A DNA stretch of 46,012 nucleotides. Origin: an uncultured Clostridia bacterium (GTDB lineage Bacteria > Bacillota > Clostridia > Christensenellales > Pumilibacteraceae). The notes under the pieces were generated by a model that was not told the origin of the DNA, did no database searches, and saw nothing but the letters and a program-made list of their open reading frames with translations. The first letter of the stretch is position 1; each line of letters starts with the position of its first letter. Position numbers and translations under genes: made by a program. The DNA lies in contig CANQCB010000001.1 of assembly GCA_947589145.1 (NCBI GenBank), positions 1-46,012 on the forward strand. The letters run 5' to 3'. Shown here piece after piece: positions 9,452 to 17,484 of the stretch.

Positions 9452-9973
9452 ATTATCATTAACAAGCAACCTGAGGTTGAAATCAATCAAAGAATACGCG
9501 ACCGCGAAATTCGATTGATAGGGGAGAACGGCGAACAACTCGGCATTATGAGTGCGGAAAAAGCAAATGCCATCGCCGATGATAAAAATCTCGACCTCGT
9601 TAAAATCAGTCCGCAAGCAACGCCGCCTGTCTGCAAACTTATGGATTACAGCAAATACAAGTTTGAAAAATCCAAAAGAGACAAAGAAGCAAAAAAGAAT
9701 CAGAAGCAAAACGAGACTAAAAAGATATGGCTTTCAATGACTATCGACGAACATGATCTCAAAACAAAGGCTGACGCCGCAAAGAAGTTTCTTATCAGCG
9801 GTAATAAAGTAGAAGTTTCAATAAGAATGAAAGGACGTCAGCAAGTTCATGCCAAGCTCGGCATCGAAGTTATGCAGAAATTCTACAATATGATTGAAGA
9901 AGTATGCTCCATAGAAAGAGCTCCTTCAACGGAAGGACGCAATATTTTTATGGTGTTGGCAACAAAAAAATAA
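9452..9973 (+). CDS. infC: translation initiation factor IF-3, ATT start codon
   Basis: IF-3 sequence 'INQRIRDREIRLIGENGEQLGIMS...'. GGGAGGA (9441-9447) lies 4 nt before the ATT at 9452. The upstream ATG at 9404 falls inside the attenuator hairpin. A non-canonical AUU start is the known autoregulatory feature of infC. Confidence 0.9.
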   Translation: MIINKQPEVEINQRIRDREIRLIGENGEQLGIMSAEKANAIADDKNLDLVKISPQATPPVCKLMDYSKYKFEKSKRDKEAKKNQKQNETKKIWLSMTIDEHDLKTKADAAKKFLISGNKVEVSIRMKGRQQVHAKLGIEVMQKFYNMIEEVCSIERAPSTEGRNIFMVLATKK

Positions 9974-9991
9974 GCACGGAGGAAATATAAA

Positions 9992-10195
9992 ATGCCTAAA
10001 ATGAAAAGCCACAGCGGCGCTAAAAAGCGTTTTCGCGTAAGCAAAACCGGTAAAGTAAAGCGCAACTTTCAGAATAAAAACCATATTCTGACCAAGAAAG
10101 ACAGTAAAAGAAAAATGAAGCTCCGCCAAGGAACTTATCTTGCTTCCGCAGAGGAATCAAAGACCGTTAAGCTGATGCTTCAAGGCAGGAGGTAA
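9992..10195 (+). CDS. rpmI: 50S ribosomal protein L35
   Basis: '[14 protein letters not shown]...' with SD GGAGG upstream. Confidence 0.95.
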   Translation: MPKMKSHSGAKKRFRVSKTGKVKRNFQNKNHILTKKDSKRKMKLRQGTYLASAEESKTVKLMLQGRR

Positions 10196-10200
10196 TAGTC

Positions 10201-10551
10201 ATGAGAATTAAGAGAAGTGTTAACGCATTAAAGAAACGCAGAAAGATATTCAGATTATCCAAAGGCTATTTCGGTTCTAAGTCCCGTTCTTACCGCATCG
10301 CTCGCGAAGCGGTTATGAAGTCGCAGATGTACGCGTTTGTAGGACGCCGTCTCAAAAAGAGAGACTTCCGCAAACTTTGGATTGCAAGAATAAACGCGGC
10401 TGCACGTATGAACGGCATGTCGTACAGCAAGTTTATGCATGGCCTTAAAGTAGCAGGTATCGATCTTAACCGCAAGGTTCTTTCGGATATTGCGGTAACC
10501 GACGCTGCAACTTTCGCAAAACTCGCAGAAAAAGCAAAAGCCGCACAATAA
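10201..10551 (+). CDS. rplT: 50S ribosomal protein L20
   Basis: '[25 protein letters not shown]...' with SD AGGAGG upstream. Confidence 0.95.
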   Translation: MRIKRSVNALKKRRKIFRLSKGYFGSKSRSYRIAREAVMKSQMYAFVGRRLKKRDFRKLWIARINAAARMNGMSYSKFMHGLKVAGIDLNRKVLSDIAVTDAATFAKLAEKAKAAQ

Positions 10552-10558
10552 AGAACAA

Positions 10559-10586
10559 AACAGAAGCGTAAAGGCTTCTGTTTTTG
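10559..10586 (+). terminator. intrinsic terminator after rplT
   Basis: Stem CAGAAGC (10561-10567) pairs with GCTTCTG (10574-10580), followed by TTTTT. Confidence 0.7.
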
Positions 10587-10601
10587 ATATAAGAGGCTCG
10601 A

Positions 10602-11339
10602 ATGACAATATCGTCAAAGGACAATAAATCGCTCAAACTCTTACAGAAACTTTCTCTGAAAAAGTACCGCGAACAAAGCGGACTGTTTATAGTCGAGGGA
10701 ATTCGTGCGGTAAACGATATCCTTGCGCTTGACAGTAATCTTGTCGAAAAAGTTTTTATTACCGAAAGCAAGGCGAATTTGTACCCTGAAGCAGTTATCG
10801 TAAAAGACGATATTTTCGAGAAACTTACCGAAACGGTGAACGGGCAGGGAGTTCTTGCTCTCGTAAAAAAGCCTGTGCCGAAGCCGCCGAGCTCGTCTCA
10901 CGTACTGTTTTTAGACGGCATACGCGACCCCGGAAACTTGGGAACGCTTATTAGAACGGCTTGCGCGGCAGGTTATTATGACGTATATATTCGCGACTGT
11001 GCCGACCCTTACGCGGGAAAAGTTGTAAGAAGCACAATGTCGGCAATATTGAAAGTCAATATCATAGACGCAAATGTTTCGGATATCGAAAAAGTCAAAT
11101 CGCTCGGATATAGAATAATCGCGGCAGATATGGCGGGAAAATCGATATTTTCATCAAGTCCTATGCGTGACAAGGTATGTTTGGTAATCGGCGGAGAAGC
11201 GAACGGAATATCCGCGGAAGTAAAAGAACATTGCGACGAAATTTATTCCTTACCGATGGAAGGAAACATCGAGTCGCTCAATGCCGCAATCAGCGGCGGC
11301 ATAATGATGTATACGATAAAATTCAATAAGGAGAAATAA
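10602..11339 (+). CDS. TrmH/SpoU-family RNA 2'-O-methyltransferase
   Basis: SpoU motifs 'LFLDGIRDPGNLGTLIRTA', 'CLVIGGEANGIS' and 'LPMEGNIESLNAAISGGIMMY'. Confidence 0.85.
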   Translation: MTISSKDNKSLKLLQKLSLKKYREQSGLFIVEGIRAVNDILALDSNLVEKVFITESKANLYPEAVIVKDDIFEKLTETVNGQGVLALVKKPVPKPPSSSHVLFLDGIRDPGNLGTLIRTACAAGYYDVYIRDCADPYAGKVVRSTMSAILKVNIIDANVSDIEKVKSLGYRIIAADMAGKSIFSSSPMRDKVCLVIGGEANGISAEVKEHCDEIYSLPMEGNIESLNAAISGGIMMYTIKFNKEK

Positions 11340-11342
11340 AAT

Positions 11343-12074
11343 ATGTCGGGACATTCCAAATGGCACAACATTCAACAAGCCAAAGGCAAGGCGGACGCAG
11401 CCAGAGGCAAAATATTTACTAAAATAGGTCGAGAAATTGCCGTAGCGGTAAAGGCAGGCGGACCCGATCCAAATGCAAACGCCGCTCTTCGCGCCGTCAT
11501 CGATAAAGCAAAAGCGAACAATATGCCAAAAGACAATATTACGCGCAGTATCCAAAAGGCGAGCGGCGAGCTCGGAAGCATTAACTACGAAAGCATTGTT
11601 TACGAGGGATACGGCACTAACGGCGTTGCGATAATCGTAGAAGCGTTGACAGACAATAAAAACAGAACGGGCGGCGATATACGTCACATTTTCGATCGTT
11701 CGGGCGGAAGTCTCGGCACTTCGGGTTGCGTGTCTTATATGTTCACGACCAAGGGTGTGATAGACATAGAAAAGAAAGCCGGAATGGACGACGACGAAAT
11801 GATGATGCTTGCTCTTGACGCAGGCGCGGACGATTTCGACGTTGCCGACGGATATTATGAAATAACGACTTCCGTAGATAAGTTTGCCGCCGTACGCGAT
11901 TCCATAACAGCCGCAGGAATCGAATATGCGTCCGCGGAACTCGATCGCATTCCTCAAAATACCGTCAGACTCGAAGCGGAGGACAGAGACAAACTGCTTA
12001 AAATGTTGGATGCATTCGAGGATAATGACGACGTGCAAAACGTCTATCATAACGCCGAATACGACGAGGAGTAA
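11343..12074 (+). CDS. yebC: YebC/PmpR-family DNA-binding regulator
   Basis: Hallmark N-terminus 'MSGHSKWHNIQQAKGKADAARGKIFTK' with SD AAGGAG. Confidence 0.9.
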   Translation: MSGHSKWHNIQQAKGKADAARGKIFTKIGREIAVAVKAGGPDPNANAALRAVIDKAKANNMPKDNITRSIQKASGELGSINYESIVYEGYGTNGVAIIVEALTDNKNRTGGDIRHIFDRSGGSLGTSGCVSYMFTTKGVIDIEKKAGMDDDEMMMLALDAGADDFDVADGYYEITTSVDKFAAVRDSITAAGIEYASAELDRIPQNTVRLEAEDRDKLLKMLDAFEDNDDVQNVYHNAEYDEE

Positions 12075-12079
12075 TATTT

Positions 12080-13315
12080 ATGACAGTTGAAGAAACTTGC
12101 CTTGCGGCAAAACATAATGTCTCCTATCCCGCACTCCTCACAACCGAAGATAAAAATAACATGCTCGAAATCATTGCGAAAGCGATTGTCGAGGACGCGG
12201 AAGTTATACTTGACGCAAACGCTAAGGACATAGAAAACGGAAGAGAACTGCCTTCGCACTTAATCGACCGTTTGAGACTTACAAAAGAACGTATCGTAGG
12301 TATAAGCAACGGCATATCCGATCTTATAAATCTTGACGACCCGATTGGAAAAATTCTTTCAAGTTGGGTAAATCATGCCGGACTGCATATCGAAAAAGTA
12401 GCCGTTCCGCTGGGAGTACTCGGCATTATTTACGAGGCTCGCCCCAACGTAACTTGCGACGTGATTGCGCTCTGCATAAAAACGGGAAATGCAATTGTTC
12501 TTCGTGGCAGCAAAGACGCGTTTTTGTCTAATTGTACGATAGTCGAGGTTATTAAAAAAGCACTGAAAAAATCAGGTTACAACCCGGAGTTCATACAACT
12601 CATAGAGGATACCACGAGGGAAGGGGCAGAACGTTTTATGCATGCCGACGAGTATCTGGACGTACTGATCCCTCGCGGCTCTGCCGGACTTATAAAGACG
12701 GTAAAAAAGAATGCAACCGTTCCCGTAATCGAAACGGGCGCAGGGAACTGTCACTTATACGTCGAAAAGACCGCCGATATTGCAATGGCGCGCGAAATTC
12801 TTATAAACGGCAAGACTCAACGTCCCAGCGTTTGCAATGCTCTCGAAAGTCTGCTCGTCGATCGCAGTATCGCAAAGAAAGCCTTACCGATACTTCTCGG
12901 CGCGATGGAAGAGTATAACGTGACCGTGCACGGTTGCGCCGAAACCGCAGCCATCTGCAACGTCATTCCCGCTACCGAAGCGGATTACGAAAAAGAGTAT
13001 CTCGGTTACGAGATTTCCTGTAAGATAGTCGACGGAGTTGACGAAGCAATTTCGCACATAAACAAATACGGTACTCACCATAGCGACGCAATAATCACAA
13101 AAGATAATGCCGTCGCAGAGAAGTTCTTGCGTGAAGTTGACAGCGCCGCAGTATATGTTAATGCGTCCACGAGATTTACCGACGGTTACGAATACGGCTT
13201 CGGCGCGGAAATGGGAATATCGACTCAAAAATTACATGCAAGAGGTCCTCTCGGACCCGAACAACTTACCGGATTCAAATACCGCATAAAAGGCAACGGA
13301 CAAATAAGAAAATAA
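12080..13315 (+). CDS. proA: glutamate-5-semialdehyde dehydrogenase (gamma-glutamyl phosphate reductase)
   Basis: Full-length ProA-like protein with catalytic Cys block 'RPSVCNALESLLV' and C-terminus 'QLTGFKYRIKGNGQIR'. There is no adjacent proB. Confidence 0.92.
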   Translation: MTVEETCLAAKHNVSYPALLTTEDKNNMLEIIAKAIVEDAEVILDANAKDIENGRELPSHLIDRLRLTKERIVGISNGISDLINLDDPIGKILSSWVNHAGLHIEKVAVPLGVLGIIYEARPNVTCDVIALCIKTGNAIVLRGSKDAFLSNCTIVEVIKKALKKSGYNPEFIQLIEDTTREGAERFMHADEYLDVLIPRGSAGLIKTVKKNATVPVIETGAGNCHLYVEKTADIAMAREILINGKTQRPSVCNALESLLVDRSIAKKALPILLGAMEEYNVTVHGCAETAAICNVIPATEADYEKEYLGYEISCKIVDGVDEAISHINKYGTHHSDAIITKDNAVAEKFLREVDSAAVYVNASTRFTDGYEYGFGAEMGISTQKLHARGPLGPEQLTGFKYRIKGNGQIRK

Positions 13316-13388
13316 ATAACCCTGCAAAACGGTGTTATTTTTGTAAAACGTGACGACAAAAGGCATTTTGTGCCGATTACCGAAAGAT

Positions 13389-14339
13389 ATGTCAAAAGAG
13401 AAAAAGAAAAACGTACATGAAGGCCACCGCGATAGAATGCGCGATAAGTTTATCTGCAATCCGAATTTTCAAGGTTTCTCGGACCACGAAGTTCTCGAAA
13501 TTTTACTGTATTCCGCAATCTGTCGTAAGGATACAAACGAACTTGCTCATGATCTGATAAACAGGTTCGGCTCGCTTAAAAATGTTTTTGATGCGTCTTA
13601 TGACGATTTATTCGACGTTCGTAACATGACGAAAAACGCAGCGGTGTTGATTAAAGAAATAATGCCTCTTGCACGACGATATGCATTGGCGGTAGCGACG
13701 GAAAGAGGTCGCTTCAACTCCATTAAATCGGTAACGGAAAATTTCGGACCGTTTTTCTCGACGCAACAGAGCGAAGTCGCGTATGCGTTACTGCTTAATG
13801 TTAATGGGGATCTGCTCGACAATATAATGATCGGTGACGGAGGTCCGACCACGACTGATATAGACACGACTAAACTCTTGCAGGTTGCGCGGTCGTCTCA
13901 CGCAGTCCGCGTCATTATAATGCATAATCATCCGTCGAATTCGGTATATCCGTCCGAAGCGGACATCATAACGACCAATGACCTTATGGTACAATTAGCC
14001 TTCGAGCAGATTGCAATATGGGATCACATTATTTTCGGCACGAAGAACAACTTTTTCAGTTTCTATCAAAATAATTTAATTCATATGATGGTAAACAGGT
14101 GTAATAATTTCTTACGGCAGGATATCAGAGGCCTGTATGATAAGTTACGAATACCGGAAAAATTCAGCAAAAGGGGCGTTACATTGAGCGAAACGCAATT
14201 CCGTGATATTTCCGAAAACTTGGAATACGGGTTGGAAAAAGACACAAAAACATTTATAAAAGAATTAATAGAATACTGCGAAAAAGAAGGCGTGATCAGT
14301 TATATTTCTCATAACTCGGATGACGGCTCATACATCTGA
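13389..14339 (+). CDS. radC: RadC-family JAB/MPN-domain protein with a ~95-aa C-terminal extension
   Basis: 'HEGHRDRMRDKF', HhH-like 'FGSLKNVFDASYDDLFDV', and JAMM motif 'IIMHNHPSNSVYPSEADIITT'. I chose the ATG at 13389 ('MSKEKKKNVHEGH') because canonical RadC proteins begin just before HEGHR. Confidence 0.8.
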   Translation: MSKEKKKNVHEGHRDRMRDKFICNPNFQGFSDHEVLEILLYSAICRKDTNELAHDLINRFGSLKNVFDASYDDLFDVRNMTKNAAVLIKEIMPLARRYALAVATERGRFNSIKSVTENFGPFFSTQQSEVAYALLLNVNGDLLDNIMIGDGGPTTTDIDTTKLLQVARSSHAVRVIIMHNHPSNSVYPSEADIITTNDLMVQLAFEQIAIWDHIIFGTKNNFFSFYQNNLIHMMVNRCNNFLRQDIRGLYDKLRIPEKFSKRGVTLSETQFRDISENLEYGLEKDTKTFIKELIEYCEKEGVISYISHNSDDGSYI

Positions 14340-14387
14340 GTTAATTGGTATAATTAAACCTCAAAAACAGGGAAATATAGAAAAGAA

Positions 14388-14423
14388 AACAGCGGATTTG
14401 AATATAATTTCAAAGCCGCTGTT
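14388..14423. terminator. bidirectional hairpin between convergent radC and lexA
   Basis: AACAGCGG (14388-14395) pairs with CCGCTGTT (14416-14423). The stem is extended internally by TTTGAA/TTCAAA. Confidence 0.6.
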
Positions 14424-14456
14424 CACTTATTGACTGCAAAAATCGCAGAACATGCA

Positions 14457-15089
14457 TTAAATACTATTTCTGATCAATCCGACGACTTTGCCGACTATCG
14501 ATACGTTTTTTGCGATTATAGGTTCGTACGCGTCATTTTCCGGCTGTAACCGAATATGCCCGTTTTCTCGATAAAAACGCTTGACAGTCGCCTCGTCGTC
14601 TATCATTGCAACTACAATTTCACCGTTATCCGCGTCATCCTGCTTATTGACGGCTATTAAATCTCCGTCGAGTATTCCTGCATTTATCATGCTGTCTCCG
14701 CGAACACGCAAAAGGAAGAGGGAAGTACCGTTAAAAATCGAATCGGGGATCTCTATAGTGTCGGATATGTTTTCCACGGCAAGAACAGGCACGCCGGCCG
14801 CGACTTTGCCGACAATAGGTATTTTCAAAAAGTTAGTCGATCCGGATTTTCTTCCGGTAACAACAATCGCACGATTTTTAGCGTCAAAGCGTTGAATCAT
14901 ACTTGCGTCTTGAAGTCTTGTAAGATGATAGAAAACAGTGGATGTTGACTTAACGTTGCAATGCGACATAATCTCGCGAATAGTAGGCGGATAACCGTAT
15001 CGATCTGAAAAGGATATAATATAGTCATAAATCTTTTGCGTACTTTTTCCGATTTTTTTCGGGTTTTTCGCGTGTATTATGTCTGTCAT
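14457..15089 (-). CDS. lexA: LexA repressor (S24 self-cleaving)
   Basis: wHTH 'PPTIREIMSHCNVKSTSTVFYHLTRLQD', Ala-Gly site 'VAAGVP', and the Ser/Lys dyad blocks 'GDSMINAGI' and 'ATVKRF'. SD AAGGAGAT. Confidence 0.93.
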   Translation of the reverse strand: MTDIIHAKNPKKIGKSTQKIYDYIISFSDRYGYPPTIREIMSHCNVKSTSTVFYHLTRLQDASMIQRFDAKNRAIVVTGRKSGSTNFLKIPIVGKVAAGVPVLAVENISDTIEIPDSIFNGTSLFLLRVRGDSMINAGILDGDLIAVNKQDDADNGEIVVAMIDDEATVKRFYRENGHIRLQPENDAYEPIIAKNVSIVGKVVGLIRNSI

Positions 15090-15118
15090 AGTATGATTAT
15101 CTCCTTCGTTTATGACTC

Positions 15119-15147
15119 ATTATAACATTTTTATGCGATTTTGTCAA
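15119..15147 (-). promoter_or_regulatory. lexA promoter TTGACA-17-TATAAT
   Basis: The minus strand reads TTGACA (15147-15142), a 17-nt spacer, then TATAAT (15124-15119). Confidence 0.65.
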
Positions 15148-15158
15148 TCATATGTTCG
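15145..15158 (-). promoter_or_regulatory. LexA (Cheo-type) box overlapping the lexA -35
   Basis: The minus strand reads CGAACATATGATTG against the Firmicutes consensus CGAACATATGTTCG. That is 12 of 14 matches, with both mismatches in the second half-site. Confidence 0.6.
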
Positions 15159-15171
15159 ATAAAATCGAGCG

Positions 15172-16254
15172 TCAGTCGTTATCATCGTTTTTAACGATTG
15201 TTGTAATCTTTGCGGCACGTCGTTTGTGTTCTTCGCTCATTTGCGCGTAGTGCCGTTTGGTAGTATTAACGTCGGAATGTCCGAGAACGTCGGCAACGAC
15301 GTAAATATCTTCGGTGGATTGATAGAGGTTGGTAGCATAAGTGCTTCGCAGTTTATGCGGTGTGATTTTTTTCAGCGGCGCAGCGTAATGAGCGTATTTT
15401 TTAACGAGTTTTTCAACGGCACGCACTCCGATTCTTCCGCCCATATTAGCGCCACGCAGGGAATAGAACAAAATGTTTTTATCACTGATTTTCAAAGCAA
15501 AATCTGTTTTTTCTTTCTCCTGGTTATCAAGCCAGGTAAGGTAATCTTGCAGTGCGCCGACCGTTTCTTCCGGCAAATATAGAATGCTTTTATTTCCGCC
15601 TTTGCGCGTAACCGTAAAGGAATTGTTGGCAAAATCTATATCGGTTTTGTTTAATCCGACGAGTTCGCTGACACGAATTCCCGTACCGAGAAATAGGTAA
15701 AGAATTGCGTTATCTCGAAGGCGTGAAAATTCGTTTGCCGCACGTTCTTGCGCGGAAAGCATTTCGCCGTTATCCACCAAATCCATCATACGACGAACTT
15801 CGTCGCGTTCCATACGTATTATCGGTTTATCATGGATCTTTGGCATGTCGACTTTAAGCGTTACATTTGCGGAAATCATCTCTTTTTTATAAAGGTACTT
15901 ATATAGTGAACGAAGAGACGCGAGTTTGCGTTCTTTGGCTTTTTCGCCGCAAGACAGCCGTTTTCTGCAATTTTTGTAAGATGACAGCGCGTCCAAATAA
16001 CGTTCGATATCATACGGGCTTATATTTTCAATATCCGACAGTGTAATTTCATCGAGCGGCTTATTCGATAATTTGTATCTGGATAAGTAAGAAAAAAATA
16101 CGCGAATATCCAATACGTAATTCAGGCGCGTTAAAACAGACGTCCTGAATGATATTCCTATAATAAACTGTCCGACAAATTCCGGAAGTTCGGCAAGCGC
16201 GTCGTCGATTTTTTTCAAATTGATCTCGTCGCGCGTTTTGAAATAATCGCTCAT
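15172..16254 (-). CDS. tyrosine site-specific recombinase (XerC/XerD/integrase family)
   Basis: Catalytic R..HxxR..H..Y blocks 'GTGIRVSELVGL', 'HKLRSTYAT' and 'LGHSDVNTTKRHYAQ', plus an N-terminal SAM-like core-binding domain. Confidence 0.88.
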   Translation of the reverse strand: MSDYFKTRDEINLKKIDDALAELPEFVGQFIIGISFRTSVLTRLNYVLDIRVFFSYLSRYKLSNKPLDEITLSDIENISPYDIERYLDALSSYKNCRKRLSCGEKAKERKLASLRSLYKYLYKKEMISANVTLKVDMPKIHDKPIIRMERDEVRRMMDLVDNGEMLSAQERAANEFSRLRDNAILYLFLGTGIRVSELVGLNKTDIDFANNSFTVTRKGGNKSILYLPEETVGALQDYLTWLDNQEKEKTDFALKISDKNILFYSLRGANMGGRIGVRAVEKLVKKYAHYAAPLKKITPHKLRSTYATNLYQSTEDIYVVADVLGHSDVNTTKRHYAQMSEEHKRRAAKITTIVKNDDND

Positions 16255-16260
16255 AAATTA

Positions 16261-16289
16261 AGTATACCAGTATACGCCTCTTTTGTCAA
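16261..16289 (-). promoter_or_regulatory. promoter TTGACA-17-TATACT ending 6 nt before the recombinase ATG (leaderless)
   Basis: The minus strand reads TTGACA (16289-16284), a 17-nt spacer, TATACT (16266-16261), then TAATTT and the ATG (16254). No SD is possible in that space. Confidence 0.6.
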
Positions 16290-16304
16290 TACTTTTCGCT
16301 ACTT

Positions 16305-16334
16305 TTATTCGTAAAAGCTGACTTTTGCGAATAA
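16305..16334. repeat. 30-bp near-perfect inverted repeat (13-bp arms, 4-nt centre)
   Basis: TTATTCGTAAAAG-CTGA-CTTTTGCGAATAA. The arms match at 12 of 13 positions. The repeat lies 16 bp upstream of the recombinase -35. Confidence 0.8.
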
Positions 16335-16696
16335 CTATATATGCACCAATATTTGAATATTTTTACGAATTGAACACGGCGAACACATTTTCTTCCCTGC
16401 TATTATGAAATATATTCGAAAATTTTTTCCTCAAAATAAATTTTCCATTTTAATATTGTTGTTATTTACGAATAAGCATCATAAACACAATACGAGTATT
16501 TATGGAAATTATCGGAATTGTTTTTGACAATCGTCTCGACTGCGATATTGAATTCTCTATTTATAATAATTCGATTCTTTAATCTTCATTTCGCCTGATA
16601 TCGCCTGTCGCTTATTCAAATAGAATTTTTATTTATCCTGATAAACATATTAAGTTATCCCGAAATAAATTTTTTAAGGCCTTGTTTCCCGTATTT

Positions 16697-17386
16697 TTAT
16701 GCATTTTTTAGGAACGAAGTTAAAAATCCGAACGATTTCAATTTTATTTTGAGCGACACAAAATTGGGACAGAATTTTCTCACGGCAGACCAAAACGCAG
16801 CCGAGTGATTCAGCTGAACAGTATGACACAGCTCGTGAATTATTATATAATCGCCGATCTCGTGTTGTAAAATCGTTATACGCCAATTAAGGCTTATACA
16901 CTTATTTGAGTTGCAACTCCCCCATCTCGTGCCTGCGTCGGATACTCTTAATGCCGTGTAACTCAAACCCGTTTTTTGCGACAATTCTTCAAGGCGTACT
17001 TTTAGTTCTTTCTTTGCAAACGCTTTATATGCTTTTTTCAATTCTCGTTCAAACGTTTCGCGTGACGCGAGCAGCGATCGCGATATAATAATTTCACTTT
17101 CGGTGATCCGTATGTTTGAAATTTTATCGGAAAAAATCGGTATTACAGGTCTGTCATACACATAAAACTTCTCATAATCGAAAATCTTCGGCAGGCTCAA
17201 CTTCTCTTCTTGCTGTTTTTTTATATTTTTTTTAATCCAATTATATTTTTCCCTTACAAAGTCCGCAATCTTCTTATTGTATAAAGCGCTGTTCCGAGCA
17301 GAATTAGGCACTAAGACGTATACTTCGCCATCTGATACTTTTATTGCGATAGATTTTCTATCGGAATAGACGATTTTATATTGCAT
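16697..17386 (-). CDS. YgjP-like (DUF45) / M48-type zinc metallopeptidase-fold protein
   Basis: HExxH block 'DYIIIHELCHTVQLNHSAAFW' and family-typical N-terminus 'YKIVYSDRKSIAIKV..GEVYVLVP'. I chose the ATG at 17386 because a promoter occupies the longer tracked ORF. Confidence 0.85.
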   Translation of the reverse strand: MQYKIVYSDRKSIAIKVSDGEVYVLVPNSARNSALYNKKIADFVREKYNWIKKNIKKQQEEKLSLPKIFDYEKFYVYDRPVIPIFSDKISNIRITESEIIISRSLLASRETFERELKKAYKAFAKKELKVRLEELSQKTGLSYTALRVSDAGTRWGSCNSNKCISLNWRITILQHEIGDYIIIHELCHTVQLNHSAAFWSAVRKFCPNFVSLKIKLKSFGFLTSFLKNA

Positions 17387-17393
17387 AATAGAA

Positions 17394-17422
17394 ATTATAG
17401 TCGAAATATGGCTCAAAGTCAA
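17394..17422 (-). promoter_or_regulatory. promoter TTGACT-17-TATAAT ending 7 nt before the DUF45 ATG (leaderless)
   Basis: The minus strand reads TTGACT (17422-17417), a 17-nt spacer, TATAAT (17399-17394), then TTCTATT and the ATG (17386). Confidence 0.6.
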
Positions 17423-17455
17423 ACGTCTATTTGCGCGAAATATGAGCATAACTTA

Positions 17456-17484
17456 TTGACATTATGTACTATGTGTGATACAAT
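17456..17484 (+). promoter_or_regulatory. promoter TTGACA-17-TACAAT ending 7 nt before the PadR-TM ATG (leaderless)
   Basis: TTGACA at 17456-17461, a 17-nt spacer, TACAAT at 17479-17484, then ACTAAAG and the ATG at 17492. Confidence 0.6.

Noticed and set aside
16330-16357. dif-like sequence on the minus strand (GGTGCATATATAGTTATTCG) next to the Xer-like recombinase.
   Set aside because: Only the first arm resembles a XerC half-site, by about 8 of 11 positions against E. coli dif. The XerD arm (TTATGTTAAAT / TTATGTAAACT) is absent.
16380-16393. Second LexA-like box, CGAACACATTTTCT, in the AT-rich gap.
   Set aside because: The second half-site is TTTC rather than GTTC, and the final base also mismatches. 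The site is about 95 bp from the nearest promoter I can read. This is too weak to call without a scored matrix scan.
16405-16527. 40-codon ORF (MKYIRKFFPQNKFSILILLLFTNKHHKHNTSIYGNYRNCF) in the AT-rich gap. Several ORFs of 10-26 codons occur on both strands there.
   Set aside because: There is no SD and no convincing promoter, and the composition simply mirrors AT-rich DNA. I cannot support it as coding without conservation or Ribo-seq data.
16633-16673. Two TTATCC(T/C)GA elements resembling DnaA boxes.
   Set aside because: Each matches TTATCCACA at only 7 of 9 positions. There are only two copies, with no DnaA-box cluster, no dnaA/dnaN context and no obvious unwinding-element arrangement.
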